Shown one piece after another: positions 1 to 15,000 of a DNA stretch of 64,000 nt (within the stretch, counting starts at the first letter, position 1; the number at the start of each line of letters is the position of its first letter). The DNA is from Candidatus Oxydemutator sp. (GTDB lineage: Bacteria > Pseudomonadota > Gammaproteobacteria > Poriferisulfidales > Oxydemutatoraceae), in NCBI GenBank assembly GCA_965203445.1, contig OZ241883.1, forward strand, positions 1,696,001 through 1,760,000, given 5' to 3'. The notes under the pieces were generated by a model, which saw only the letters and a program-made list of their open reading frames with translations, was not told where the DNA came from and did not search any database. A program made the translations under genes and the position numbers.

Positions 1-3000
1 CGCCCGAGGACGGCGGCGGCACCCTGATCGGCATGCCCGGTTCGGGCGACGCCGACGCCGAACTGACGCTGGTCGCCACCGACGCCGACGGCGACGACGC
101 GAACCTGGAGGTGCGCGCCGTGGTCGGCGGCGCCGACGGCGTGCCGCGCTTTGCCGTCGCCTCCAGCGACGTGCGCGTGACCGCCGGCGAGACGTTTCGC
201 ACGCCGCTGCCGGTCGCCGCCGGCGGCGACGGCGCGATCCGTTACCTGTCCGAGCCGCCGCCTCCGCTGCTGGATGGGGTGACGCTGCTGCTGCCGTCGG
301 TGCTGTTGCCGGGCCACGCCGAGGGCGCGGTGCTCGAAGGAAGCGCGCCGTTTGCCGACGTCACGCGAAGCTTCGTGCTCGTCGCAAGGGACGTGGACGG
401 CGAGGAAGCGCGCCTGGCGGTGCGCCTGATCGTCACCGGCCAGATGCCGCCGACGTTTGCGGATGCTTCCGTGGCCGCGGCCTGGGCGGTGACGACGCGC
501 GCCGACGCGGTCCGGCTGCATCTGCCGGCGGCGACGCCGCCGGCGGGCGCGACCGCGGCCGATCTGGACTATGCGTTGGCGCCGCCGCTGCCGTCGTCGC
601 TGACCTATAGCGCGCCGGCGGGTGCGATCACCGGCGGCGGCGTGATCACCGGCGTGCCGCGCGACGGCGTCGCGACGACCTACACGCTGACCGCCACCGA
701 CCGGCGCAGCGGCCTCGCCGCCGGCCTGCCGGTGCGCCTGACGATAAGCGACAAAGCGCCAACCTTCGGCGACGTCGTCCTCGGGCCGTTCCGGTGGATG
801 GATGGGGTCGCCCTTGGTTCCGCGAGCTACGACGTCAGCAACCGGATGTTGCGCCTGCCGCGCGCCGTCGGTGGCGACGGCATGCTGCGCTACCGCCTGG
901 AACCGAAATTTTTTTCCTGCTGTGACGACTTCAGCGACGATCCCACGCCCTATGTAGGGAGCTACCGGTTGGGCGCGGTAACGGGCGTCTTCGATGGCGT
1001 TTCCCTGGGCGTGCACGAAATCACCTGGAGCGCGACCGACGAAGATGGAGATACCGCGACGCTGCGCTTCACGGCCGAAGTGGTGGATCGCATTTCTTCC
1101 GGTGCAGGCGGTTTAGACCTCGTCACGGGAAGATTTGCCTGGGGGAGTTCCGTCAACCGCCGTCTCGGGGGAACGGCAAACAACACTTTCCGATCCGTCC
1201 GCATTGACGGGTTGCCGCTCGGCTTGCGCATCGAGTCGCCGCCCCCACACCTGGTGCCGACGCAGGGCGTGGGCACCGTTGTCGGAAGAGCGCTGTCGGT
1301 CCTGGGCGAGCCTCCCGACGGCAACACGCAGCTGAATATCATCGTTGATACAAGTTTCGCTGCCGCGAATATTCCGTGGTACGTAGGGGTTGCGCCGCCC
1401 GCAACGCCCGGCATCGTCGCCGCCTCGACCGAGACCATCGTGCTTTATGCCGATGAGGCCGTGGCGCCGCGGCCGACCTTGGCCTGGGTCGCCGGACGCA
1501 CCACCGACACCGACGCCGGCCTGCAAATTGCGCTGTCGCCGCTGCCGCAGGGCGTAAGCCGCACCGCCGCGCGCACCGGCACCCACACCGGCGGCAGAGA
1601 CGGCGAGGACGGCGTAAGCCACGTGATCGAGTTGTTCGGCACGCCGGCGCGCGCGGCGAACACCGCAAGCTACACGCTGACGGTCACCGACCAGGCCGGC
1701 AACTACGCCACCCAAAGCTTCGCACTGGTCGTGCGCGGCGAGCGCCCGAAAGTGAACACGCTGACGGTGACCAGCGTCGCCGCCGACGGCGAGGCCTATC
1801 GCGCCGGCGAGCGCGTAACGCTCAGGCTCGGCTTTGATCGTGCGGTCGTGGTCGAAACCGCGCGCGGCGCGCCGCGCCTTGTGCTCGACGTCGGCGGTAG
1901 CGCGCGCACCGCGCCCTTGAGCGCGCGCGCGCGTGCAGACGCGGACGTGCTGCATTTTGAATACGAGGTGAACGCGCTGGATTCCGACGCCGACGGACTG
2001 AGCGTTTCGGCCCTCGACCTGAACGGCGCGCGCATCACCGCAGTCGCCGACGGCGCCGACGGCGCCGACGCGCGCACGGCACTCGGCGCGTTTGCGCGGC
2101 GCGCGCTCGGCCAGCCGCTGATCGGCGGCTCCGATCAGCCGGTGCGCTGGCGACCGGATACCATCGTCGCGCGCTACCGCGTGGGCGAAGCGTTCTCGCT
2201 GGCGCTGCCGGCGCCTGCGAGCGGCAACGCGTCGTTTTCGTATAGCTTTGGCGGCGTCGCGCCGTTTGCGTTCGAGCAGCCGCCGGCGCTGCCGCCCGGG
2301 CTGCGCTGGCAGCCTCCTCCGGCGATGGGCCCGCTCGGCGCGGGCGGCGCGGGCGGCACGATAGCCGGCACCCCGAGCGCGAGCACCCCGTCCACGCTCT
2401 ATCGCCTGACGGCCACCGACGAAGACGGCGACGTCGGTTTCCTCGACGTGCGCCTGACGCCGGCGGCGCCGTCGTTCGGCGACGCCATGCTGGCGACCCA
2501 GACGCTGGTCGTCGGCAGCCGCGCCGGCCTGCCGCTGGCGCTGCCGGCCGCCGACGGCGACCCGGTCTATACGCTGGCGCCGGCGTTGCCGGCGGGCTTG
2601 GCGTTCGACGCCGCCATGCGGCTCATCTTCAGCGCCGCCGGGCCAACGACGCCGACGTCGGTGACGCGCTACACGCTGACCGCGAGCGGTGCCGGCGGCG
2701 TCGGCGAACTGCACTTCGGCCTCGAGGTCGCAACCGATACGGCGCCGATCCTGGTCGGCGGCATCGCCGGCGAACAGCAGCTGTTCGACGACGTGCCGGC
2801 CAACCTGCGCCTGGCCGCGGCCGCCGCCGGCAATCCGCCGTACGCGTACTCGCTGCGCCCGCAACTGCTGCCCGACGGCCTGTCGCTCGACGTCGCCGGG
2901 CGCGGCGCGTGCGCCGACGCGCGCACCATATGCGGCACCGCGGCCGTTGCGGTCGAGCTTGCGCGCTACACGTGGCGCGCCGCCGACTTCGACGGCGACG

Positions 3001-6000
3001 CCGCCGCGCGCGCTTTTGCGATTACCGTGCTGGGCAAGCCGCCGCGCCCGAGCGGCCTGGTCAAGGCCGAGGCCAACCGCAGCTTCAGCGTGCGCTGGGA
3101 CGCCGGCATCGCCGATATAACGCGCTATGAGTACCGCGTGGTTACCAACGGTGTCGTCATCAACGCGCGCTGGCTGACGGTGGACGGCGGCGGCGACGCG
3201 CGCGAGGTTGTGATTACCGAACCGGCCGGCGGCGGGCGCCTTGCCAACGGCCAGTCCTACCTGTTCCAGCTGCGCGCGGTCAATAGCTACGATTTCTCGG
3301 ATCCGGCCCAGCTGATCGTTACGCCCGCGGCGCCGCCGACCTTCGAGGGCGTGGAGCCGGTCGTCGTTACGCTGATGTTGGGTGAGCCGATGGAGACGCT
3401 GGTGCTGCCGTCCGCGCGCGGCGGCGCCCTGCCGCTGCGCTGCGACCTGTCGCCGGTGCCGCCCGGTCTGGAATACGCGCGCCCGAGCGTGTTCGACGCC
3501 CACTGCGGCCTGCTCGAGGGCACGCCGCGCGAGGCCGGCGTGTTCGACGCGGTGCTGACCGCGACCGCGAACGACGGCGAACGCGCGTCCACCGGCGTGC
3601 GCGTTACCGTGGTCTCGGACCACGACGCCGACCGCAACGGCCTGATCGAGATCGAGAACCTCGATCAGCTGAACGCGATACGCTGGGATCTGGACGGCGA
3701 CGGCGTCCCTGACGCCGGGCTGTCCGAAAACGACGTCGCGGCCTACGAGGCCGCGTTCGCGCGCTCCTCGACGCAGACGCGCTGTGCGCTCTCGCAATGC
3801 GCCGGCTATGAACTGGTGCGCGACCTTGATTTTGACACCGACGGGGATGGTAGTTTCTGGTCCGTGGTGGGAGTAGGACCAGTAACGCAGCAGCTACAAC
3901 TGGATTCCGACGACAGTTACGGCGCCGGCTTTGCGCCGATAGGCCGCGGCCAGATGTTTTTCAGCGCGACGTTTCGCGGCAACGGCCATACCATTTCCAA
4001 TCTGGGTATACGAGGTTTCGCGACGGGAGGCACCGCGTTGTTTGCGGGCCTGGCGGCAGGCGGCAGAATCGAGGGTCTGGGCGTGCTGAATGCGGCCATT
4101 GACACGAACTCCGCCGGCGCCCTGCTGGTCGGTACCAGCCGCGGCACGATAGCGGCCAGTTTCGCGCGCCGCCACGGATATTTATTCTGCAGCAGTGTAT
4201 GCGGAGGCATAGCCGCATTAAATTACGGAACGATAGTCGCCAGTTATAGTGATTCGGATGCGGCTAACCGACAGAGTAATTATGCCGGTTTGGCCGGGTT
4301 CAACGGTGGTACGATCAGGGCGAGTTACGCGCTGATCTCGGGCGGCGGCGACGCCGTACGGGGGTTGGTGCGTTTTCTGGAATCCACCGCGACCGCCGCG
4401 GACGCCGAGTTCAGTTACTACCGCGGTGAGTTCATAAGCGCCGGTGGCACGCGCAAAACGACGGCCGAATTGCAGGCGCCCGTCGGCTATACCGGCATCT
4501 ACGCCGACTGGAACGTGGACACCGACGGCGACGGTGTGCCGGATAACCCGTGGTACTTCGGTTCGTCCGACGAATATCCGCAGTTGCGGCTGTTTGCGCC
4601 CGAGTTCGCGGTCGCAGGCCCGGTCGCGGTGCGCGAGGATGCCGCCGCCGCGCGCTTCTGGATCACATACAACGGCGCCGAACCGCTCGCGCGCGGGCGC
4701 CGCGTCGGCGTGGCGGCGCGCGCGATCACCGGCACCGCGGTATCGCCGGCCAGGGCCGGCGTTGATTTCACCGCGCGCGCGGGCGAGGTCGCGTTCTTCC
4801 GCGGCAGCGCGCGCGGCACCACGCGCGCGTTTGCGGTCGCCGTGGCCGACAACGCCAAGGTGCGCGTGCCCGGCGATCCGCTGCGCTTTGCGGTCGTCGT
4901 CGGCGACGGCGCCGCGTCCTCGCGCACCACAGCGATTGCCGACGACGACACCTTGACGATCCGCCCGCAACGAAGCGCCTATACCTTCGAGGAATACGCC
5001 GGCGACGAAAACGTGTGTCTCACGCCCCGAATACCGGCGGCGGGGACGCCTTGCGGCAGAAACGCGGGCCGACGGGAGGTGTGCTTCACGCACCAGGAGA
5101 TAGACCCGCCGGGCGGCATAACCCTGAATCCCGTTTTCACTTACAGCGAAGGCGATGCGCCCGACGCCCGCCTGAACCACGATCGGGACTGCCTGCTGTT
5201 CGAGGGCTCGAGAATTGGCGGGACGTCGCGCTGCGACGTCTCCGCCGGTGGCACCAACTATCGGTTGAATCCCAACCCTCGGTTGATTCTAAACCCAGGC
5301 TTGAATTCCGCCTTTGCGGCAAACCGTGGGTTGAGCGGAGGATTTCACGCGAGAGGTGACGAACTCGCGCTCACCTGCGTAGATCTGGCCATAACCGACG
5401 ATAGGGACTATGAAATGCTCGTTGAATCGGCATTTTTGACCCTTTCCAGCGCTATTACGCGCACCGATTCGGGTGCAAACCTGATATCCAGCGTCTCAAG
5501 TGCCGAAATTTCGATTCGAGACAACGAAAACATACTCTCAATTGCCCAAATTGGCGGTTCGGGGACCATCCGCGAAGGCGAGACCGCGCGCTACCGCCTG
5601 ACGCTGGCGCGTCCGGTGCGCACAAACAGTGCACCGGTTGCCATTCCATGGCGCGTTGCGCCGGCCACCGCCGGCGCCGCCGCCAGTGCCGCCGACTTCG
5701 CCGGCGGCGTGCTGCCGCAGGGCCGCGCGGTCATCGAGCGCGGCGCCCAAGACGTAATCTTCGAGGTTACGCCGATCCAGGACGGCATGCCGGAGGTGGC
5801 CGAGGCCTACCGGATTACGACCCAGACCGGCGTTACGATAACCGCCGGCTTCGGAAGCAATTCGGTGCTCGATACCGGGGGTATTTCGACGCAGACGACG
5901 ATCCTCGTCAACGACGCGCATATCCAGATCGCGGCCACCACCGCCGATGACGACTCGGGACTCGTGCGCGAGGGCCAGCGCCTGACGGTTTTAGTGCGCT

Positions 6001-9000
6001 CCAGCGTATTCGTCAACGGCAACGTCCAGTGTCGGGTGGCGCCCGATGAAAGCCGCCCGAGCGCGGCGCGCACCGCGGCCGACGACTTCGCGGCTACAAC
6101 CACTACCGCGGTGTTCCCCAACCAGACCGATGCGATCTGCGACTTCGACGTGGCGCGCGACGATGCGGGCACTCTCGCCGAGGGCCTCGAGCACTTCCTG
6201 TTGATCATCGAGGCCGACCCGAGCTCGCCGATAGCCAATGCGAGCTACGGCGCGCCGCGCGCGTTGCGCATTGCACCCGACCCGATGGCCGTGCCGATCA
6301 CCGTAAGCGGCCCGCCGAGCGCGGTCGTCGAGGGCGCCGACGCCGTATTCCTGATCACGCTGCAAGGCACCGTAACCAGCCGCACCGAGGTCGTCTATGC
6401 GCTCGAGGACGCAAGCGCCACCGGCGGACGCGATGCGAACGCGCCCGGCGCCGACTTTTATCCGAGCGGCCAGCGCCGCGTGATGCTCGCGCCCGGCACC
6501 GATCCGAGCGCCGAGATCGCGGTTGCGACGATAGCCGACGGCGTCGCCGAGGGCGTGGAGAGCTTCCGCCTGCGCGTGGTGAGCGCCGCGACCAACGGCT
6601 TTAACGAGTTCGGCGTCGGCTACCGCGCGACCGTCTTTGCGCGCGACGCGACCGCGACCGCGGCCGTGGCGCTGATCAGCGACGGCATGGTCTCGATCAC
6701 GCGCGTCGGTTCGGGCGACGTAATCGAGGGCGAGCGCGTCGCGTTCGATCTGACGCTGAACCGCGCGCTGCCGGCGCCGCTTGCGGTGCGCACGCGCGTA
6801 ACGCGGCTGCCCGACGGCGCCGCGGCCGCCGCCGACGTGACCGACGCGACCTTGTCCACGTTCCATCCGGGCGCGCCGCTGGTGCAGAGAATTACGCTGG
6901 CGACGGTGGACGACGGCGACGCCGAGGGGCGCGAGCGCTTCCGCGTCGCGATCACGCCGCCGGAAGTCGGCGGCGGCGGCTACGCCGACTTTGCGATTGC
7001 CACCAGCACGCTGGCGCGCGGGCGCGTGAACCTGGCGTGCGACGAGACCGTGGTCGAGGGTGACGACTTTGCGTGCCGCGTGCGCGTCGGCGCGCCCGCC
7101 GGCGCGCCCGCCGACGTCGACGTGACCATAGCCGTCGGCGCGCCCGGCGACGCCGCCACGCGCGCTGAGGACTACGTGCCGCCGGCCGCGGCGTGCGCCG
7201 CGGGCGTATGCGCCGTGACCATCGCCGCCGGCACGGACACCGCCGCGCTGACGTTTGCGACGCGCGGCGACGACGGTCTCGAGGCCGACGAGCAGGCGAC
7301 GGTCTCGCTTGCCGCGGTGCGCGGCGGCGGCGATCTTGCGCCGACGCTGCCGCGCGCCGGCAGCGACGCGCGCGAGAGCGTGGTGCGCATCGTCGACGAT
7401 GGCAAGATCGCAGGCCTGGTCGGTATCGCCGGTTTCGTCGACGCCGACGGCGCCGCGCTGCCCGCCGAGACGCTCGCCGACGGCGTGCGCGCGACGTTCG
7501 CCGAAGGCGCGCGCGTCGCCGTCCGCGTGGCGTTCGACGGCGTGATTCCGCAAGGCGTCATGGTACCGTTCGACTACCGCGTCGGCGCCGCCGGCGACAG
7601 CGCCGGGCGCGACGACTACGCGCCGTCGGCGCCCGCGCTGCGGCGCGCTTCGTTGACCGGCCCGGTCACCGACACCGTCATCGCGCTCAGCCTCGCCGAC
7701 GACGATTTCGCCGAGAGCGCCGAGACCCTGACCATCGAGCTGGTGGCTACCGCCGGCGACCTGTCGTCGCTTGCGGTGCGCGCCAGCAGCCGCCGCGCGG
7801 TCGTCGTCATCGCCGCCGGCGACGCCGCCGGCGCGCGCACGCTGCGCCTGTCGCGCGACGCTGCGGTGCGCGTCAGCGAGACCCTGACCTATTACCCGAC
7901 GTCGACCGCGCGCACGCGCGCCATAACGCGCGACGCCGTGGTCACGCGCGACGTCGCGCTGACGCCGGCGTCGCCGACCGTGGACGTGTTCGAGGGCGAG
8001 CGCTTGGCGTTCTACGTAACGGTCGGCGGCGCGCCGCCTGGCGAGGCCCTCGAAGTGCACTGGAGCGTGCGCGCCGCCGGCGGGCGCGCCTTCGCCGATG
8101 CCGCCGACTTCGACTTTGCCGACGCCAACGCCGACGGCGACTACGACCCGCTGACCGGCGTGCTGCGCGTACCGCGCCACCGCATCGGGCAACGCCTGCC
8201 GCTGGTGGTGCCCGTCGCCGCCGACGCCGTGGCCGAGGATTCCGAGGCTTTCGAGGTCGCGGTGTCGCTGCGCGACCCGGATAGCGGCGACGACTTTGCG
8301 ACCTCGTTTTCCGCGCGCATCGCGCCCTCGGCCGCGTTGCGCGTCGGCGTGGACGGCCCGGCCGAGATTGACGAGGGCGCGACCGCGACCTACGTGTTGA
8401 CCAATCTGTCCGGCACCGACGCCGCCCGTGACCTGTCCTGGAGCATCAACGGCGTCGGCGAGGGCGACGTTTCGGTGTGCGCGCCCGAGGCCGCCGGCTT
8501 CGGGCAGGGCGCGTGCACGCGGATGGCGACCGCCGCGGCCACCACCTCGACCGACGTTGCGAATATGACCACGAATGATTTCAGCGACAACGTGGGCACG
8601 GTGCAACTGCCGCCGGCGGTGGGCGCGACCGCGACGATCTCGGTGCGCGCGGTGGCCGACGGCAACTACGAGGACTTCGAGCGTTACCGCTTTGTGCTCA
8701 CCGCGGACAACGTCGTCGTGGCCGACCTGCCCGGAGTGATCAGGCCGGCGCGCCTGCTCTATCTGCAAAGCTTCGGCGTCGGCAGCACCGACGACACCGG
8801 CGTCGGCGCGCGGCGCATCGGCCGCGCCGCCGAGGGCGGCGCCAACGCGCTGTTGCTGTCCACCGACACGGCCGTCGCCGTCGCCTACGGCGCGGACTAC
8901 GACGCGCCGCTGCCACGCTCGCGCAATCCCTGCGACAGCGCCTCGGGCGCGGACTTCGGCGCCGCCACCAGCGCCACCGTGAATCAGAACCTGCTGCTGT

Positions 9001-12000
9001 TCCGGGCGGTAACCGACGACGACAGCCGCGGCGTGGCCGCGTGCAGCGACGGCGCACCGGAGGGCAACCCCGAGTACTTCGCGCTCTACGTGCGTCCATC
9101 GCCGACGCTGACCGACGCCCACCCGTACATCGTGAATCTGAACGTGGCGCGCAATGAGCTGTTCGCGCATCGCCCGGTTACCGGCGGCGCGGTTATTTCC
9201 GGCGAGATCGCCGAGCGCGACTACGGCGCCGTGGCGTTGCGCGCCGACGCCGCCGCCGCCGTCGAAGAGGGCGGCGCCGCGGCGTTCACCGTTACCTATC
9301 GCGGCCCGGCGCAGACCTGGCCGGTGCGCGTGCCGTGGCGCGTCGCCGCGGCCGCCGCCGACGCCGCCGAGCCGACGGCGCACGCCGACGACTTCCCGCT
9401 GGCGAACGCCGAGCGCGCCCTGGTGCGGATAGACGACGGCGTCGAGCGCGGCGACCCGCTGTTCCCGTCCGGCGTCGTTACCTTCGCCGCCGGCACCGCC
9501 GACGGCACCACCGCGACCGTCGTCGTGCGCGTGCGCGACGACCGCGAGCGCGAGCCGCGCGAACGCTTCTCGGTGGTGCTCGGCGCGCCGACGGTGCCCG
9601 AGACGACCACCGCGCCGGCGCCGATAGTGACGCGCGGCTACGGGCGCGCCGTTGCGGTCATCGCCGCCAGTGACGATCCGGCCTTCGCTCTCGACAGCAT
9701 CGTCGGCAACGAGGTGCGCGAGGGCGCCACGCTGACGGTCGTGGTGCGCGCGGCCGCGGCCGCGAATGCCGCGCGCGACCTGCGGTGCGCGATCACGCAG
9801 CCTGACGATCCGTCGGCCCAGTCCGCGGGCGCGGCGCGCACCGCGGCCGTGGCCTCGGACTTCGACGCCACCGAGGTCGAGGTGCGCCTGGCACCCGGCG
9901 CGCGCACCGCGACGTGCGAGTTCCCGGTTCGTGACGATACCGAGACCGAGGGCTATGAATACTTCGGCGTGGCGCTTACCGTCGACGGCGTCGACGTCGG
10001 CGCGCACCGCGAGTTTCGCGTCGCCCCCTCCGACGCTTCGGTAACGGTGTCCGGGCCGCGCACCGCTCCCGAGGGCACGACCCGGACCTATACCGTCGTA
10101 CGGCGCGGCGCCGCGGGCGTGGCCTCGCGGTTGTCGTGGCGCACCACGGGCACGTCGGCGGGATTTGCCGCGGCCGATCTACAGTCGGGCTTCCAAAGCG
10201 GCGTCGTCACGCTGCCGGCGTCGCCGGCGGCGCTGACCAGCGCGACGTTCCAGGTCAAGGTGGTAGATGACACCGCGGCCGAGGTCGCCGAACGCTTCGC
10301 TATCGTGCTGGCCGTTGTCGCCGGCGACGCGCGCCTGGGCGAAGGCTCGTCGCTGACGGTCGTGATACCGGCCAGCGACGTGGTCATCGAGCCGCTGGCG
10401 CTGCGCTTCGACGCCTCGAGCTACACCGTGGTCGAGGACACCGGCGATCTGGCCTTCGAGCTGATAGATTCGCGCTCGTTCCGGCCGCCGGCGTCGGCCA
10501 CGCTGACGTTCGAGTTCTCGGCGGCGCACAACACCAGCGACGTGTCCAGCGTCGTCATCGGCGGCGAGCGCCGCCGCTACCCGGCCGCCGGGGCCGCGGT
10601 CGCGGTCGGCTTTGACCTGGACGGCGCCACCCGCACGCGGGTTACGGTCGACATCCGCGCCGATACCATCGCCGAGGAAAACGAGAGCTTCCTGCTGCGC
10701 GTAACCGACGCCGGCGGCGCCGAGATGGACACCGCGACGGTCACCATCGTGGACGATGAAACGGTGGTGATGGGCTTTACATTCGAGGACACCATAGCCG
10801 AAACCAGGGTCAATTTCTCAGTCTGTGCGGTGGTGCTCCGGCCGCTCTCCACGCAGCTCCTGGAGCGCAGGCTCAATTTTGCTTTTGCGCTTGAGGAGGA
10901 GCTGGTGGCCCCGCTTGACCCGGGCGAGTACAACTTCCCGGTCGGTCAGGACGTTGGTCCGTTTTTCCAGATGACCCGCCGCCAATGCTTCGCGGTAGAA
11001 TTTGGCGGCGACGACGACGTCGTCGAGGGCACCGAGTATTACATTCCGAGCCTGACCGGTGTGGGCGGCGGCAGTCTGCCGGAGCGGGTCACCCTTACCC
11101 GCACCAGATACGCCGTGACCAGCGAAGACCTGCCGCTGATGGCTTTTGATCCCACCACCTACACCATCGCCGAGGGCGACGTCGCGCAAGTGTGCGCCCA
11201 AGCCGTCGGCCCCACGGACCCGGCGCTGATAGACCAGACGCCGCCGTGGGATTTCCGCTTCGAGCTGACCGACACCTTGGGCCTGTTGCGACCGGCGATG
11301 GCCGAGTTCGGGCCGTACGCCGGCGTCACCAGCGCCAGTTGCGTCGACATGCACGTCTCGTCCTTGGGCGGTAGCGTCGCGACGACGCGCGTCGCCACGC
11401 TCGGTCTGCAAGACACCACGGCCCGGGCCACGGTCGTGATCCCGCCGACGCCGCTGGTTACGATAGAGGCGCTGCCGTCCGTCGGCGAGAGCGTCGGCGG
11501 TATCGTGGACGAGGGCGGCGTGCTGCGCTTTCGGGCGGTCAAGACGCGCGCCACCAACGAGCCGGTGACGGTGGCTTGGCGCATCAGCGCCGATGCAAAC
11601 GTTGAAACGGCCGGGAGCGTGCTGGCACAACCCGCCGATCTGGTCGGTTACGACGCGCTGCCGGCGATAGGCACCGTCGTGATAGCGGCCGGGACGACGA
11701 AATCGGAGGTCATCCTGATACGCACCGCGAACGTCGCCGGCGAAAGGCCGACGCGCACGTTCGTCGTGACGCTGTTCTCGCTTGTCGGCGTTGGCGGCCG
11801 CCTGGGCACGCCGGACGCGCTCGAGGCCACCGCGACGATCCGCGCCGCCGGCGACGCACCGACCTGGCGGCTTGCGCTCGAACCCGTCGGCGGCGACGAC
11901 TTGACGCTGGACGAGCAGGCGGCCGCGGCCGCGCAGTTCCGAGTCGTGCTGCGGCGCGTCTCCGGCAGCGGCGCGTTGGCGAGCGATCTGGGTTTTGCGG

Positions 12001-15000
12001 TGAGCATCGAAGCCGACGCCGGCAGCGCCAATCCGATCGAGGCCGACGACCTCGCGTCTTCGTCCGCCTTGAGCGGGACTTTTAACGCGAACCAAAGCAG
12101 CGGCAGTGTCATTACCTTTTCGCTGACCGCGAACGACGACGATCTCAACGAGGGCGCCGAAGGGTTTTTGATACGCCTGAACAGCACCGATACGCGCGTC
12201 GTAACCACCGCCACCCTGGGCGGCACCATTGCGCCCGACGCCGACGACGCCGTGCACGTCTCCCTGGCGCTGGCCACGACCCGCAACGTGGCCGAGCCGG
12301 GACGCGCGCTGGTGACGACGATGACGTGGGGCGGCGCGACCCTGAGCGAGGACCTGGTGCTGCCGTTTGTGACGACCGCCGGGGATCCCTATTTTAATCC
12401 CTCGGACGACTACCGCATCGTAGTGCCCGCCGCCAGCGACGGCTACCGCGTGCGCGGTGGCGCGCTGGTCGTCTCGCCGGGCGCCGTCACCTCGAGCGCG
12501 GTGCTGTTCGAGGCGCGCGACGACGTATATAACGAAAGCACCGAGAGCGCGGTCTTCGGCTGGCGCGTGCCGCGATTCGAGAGCGCGGGCGCCGTCACCG
12601 CGACCGTTACCGCGCCACCGTCCGGCGGCGGCGAGGTAACGGTGTGGATAGCCCAGAACGACCGCGTGGTGTACTCCCTGGGCGCTTTTTCCAGAGCGGT
12701 GGTAGCCAAAGGCGGCGAACTCCAAGCCAGGCTTGGCGTGGACAAGGTGAACGTCGACTATACCGCGCCTGCGACGAGGACCCTGGTTTTGAGTGGCCCG
12801 TTCTTTGAGACCGTCACTCGCACGGTGGTCAATGAACCGCCGGATAGCACGCGCCCCCGGGATATATATATTTCTTTTCCTGATGACGGCTTGGAGACGC
12901 CGCAGACCGAGGTGACGCTCACACTGCACGACGCCGTCGGCGGGCGTCCGGGCGGCGGCGGGGTCGCGATTGACCCGGCGCGCTCGGCCGCCACCGTGAT
13001 TCAGCTGGCGGGCGAGGCGGTCGCGGCGTCGCTGTCGGGGCCGGCCGAGGTGCGCGAGGGTGCGACCGCGACCTATACGCTGTCGCTGAGCAGGGCCTGG
13101 ACGCACCCGACGACGGTGGAGTACCGGATTACGACGGCCGCGGTTGCCGGCGCGGCCGCGACGCCGCGCGACCTGCGTGGCGTCGCCGCCTTCCCGACGA
13201 CCGCCAGCGCGGTGATCCCGGCGGCGCGCACGACGGTGCCGATTCTGATCCACGCGCTGGACGACGGCCTGTTCGAGGGCCGCGAGCACTTTGTTCTCGA
13301 GCTGCTGTCGGCGCGCGATACGCGCGGCAACGACTGGCCGCTCAGCGACGCGCGGCGCACCGTGGCCATCGCCGCCAGCGACCCGCCGCGCGCCGGCTTC
13401 GAGGCGTCGCGCTACGTCGTGCGCAACGGTTCGACGCTGACCGCGTGCGTCAGCGTGGACGTCGCGTCGGTGCGCGGCGGCGGCGACTTCTCGCTGACGG
13501 TGACCAGCGCCGACGGCGTCGGCGCCGACGGCGCCGTCGCCGGCGCCGACTACGTGGCGCTGTCGGGCGCGCCGCTCGGTCCGTTCAGCGCGACCACGCC
13601 GCGCCACTGTGTGCGCGTGCCGATCACGCGCGACGGCGCCGAGATCGAGCGCAACGAGGAATTCACGCTGACGCTGGCGGCCGCCACGACCAACGTCGAA
13701 CTGACGCGCGCCGAGGCCACGGTCGAGATCCGCGCGACCGACCGCGTGCCGCCGTACTTCATCTACAGCGGACGCGACGCGATTGCGTACGCGGGCGGCC
13801 AGTCCAGGCTGTGGCTGCCGCTGAACGAACCGGTCAAGATCTTAGGCCGCGGCGAGGCCATGGCCGCGGCCACCGCGAGCGGGCTGGGCCGCGACGCGCG
13901 TCTCGGCGGCTTCGTCGTGTTGCGCCGCCTGTTGGGCACCTTCGACGCGTGCGCGGTGGACGCGATGGCGACGACGATTGCGGTGACGCGCGCGTATTAC
14001 GAGGCCGTGACTCCGAGCGTGGTGCTCGAGTTGGCGCGCCCGATTCCGTACACCGACGACCGCCTGTGGGCGAGTTACTGTTACCAGAGCGGCCCCGGCA
14101 TCTACGATCTGGCGGTCGAGAGCGGCATGGCCGACCCCGAGATCGGGCGCAACCAGCTGACGCGCTCGCTCGGTATGATGGAATACGACCCGATCAAGGA
14201 CTCCGACGGCGACGGTCTGCCCGACGCGCTGGAGGCGCGCTTGGGCGGCGATCCGCTGTCGCCCGCGGGCGCCCCCGACGACGTGCCGCGCGTGACGCTG
14301 ACGCGCGGCGTCGCCGACACCGCGCTGATCGCGTATGCGGGCATCCGCGAGCACGGCGCGCGCCGCCACCTGGGCGTCGAGGTCAGCGCCGCCGGCGGCT
14401 ACACCCTGCGCGCCTACTACCTGTCGGATACCTTCGGCTACACCGGCGACGCGGCCTACGGTTGCCGCGGACGCTTCCCGTCGAATTACGCCGCGCCGCT
14501 GGCGGCCGGCGGCTGCGCCGAGGTCGACTTCGCGAATATCCCGGCGGGCGTGGATCACGTCATCGGCTGGTTTGCCGCCGGGCCTTCGGGCTACTGGTTC
14601 GCGGCGCCGACCGCAAGCGGCCTGCCACAGCAGACCATCCGCCGCGTGCCGGAATTGAACGTCGCGTCGCGGCTCGCCTATCTGGCGCGCGCCGGCGCCG
14701 CCGGCGGCGAAGGCGTCGTCCTCGAGGTGAACCAGGACGTCGCGCCCACGGTGCCGCTGCAACTGCTGCTCGAGGTGCGCACGGCCACCGACGTCGAGAC
14801 GCGGCGCGTGCCGCTGCCGACGGTGCGCGGGCGCGTCGCGGTCGTAACCGCGACCGCCGCCGGCACCTACGGCATCGCCGGCGTCGCCAGCGGCACCGCG
14901 AACCTGCTGTGGCACCCGGCGCGCGGCGTCGCCGCGCTGGCCGAGACCAGCTACTCGCTGGGCGTCGCGACGCGCACGCGCGTGTCGCTGTTGCCCGACG

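Noticed and set aside
5350-9460. Three RGD tripeptides in the adhesin as integrin ligands
   Set aside because: Expected by chance in a 5,600-aa protein rich in R, G and D; no structural support.
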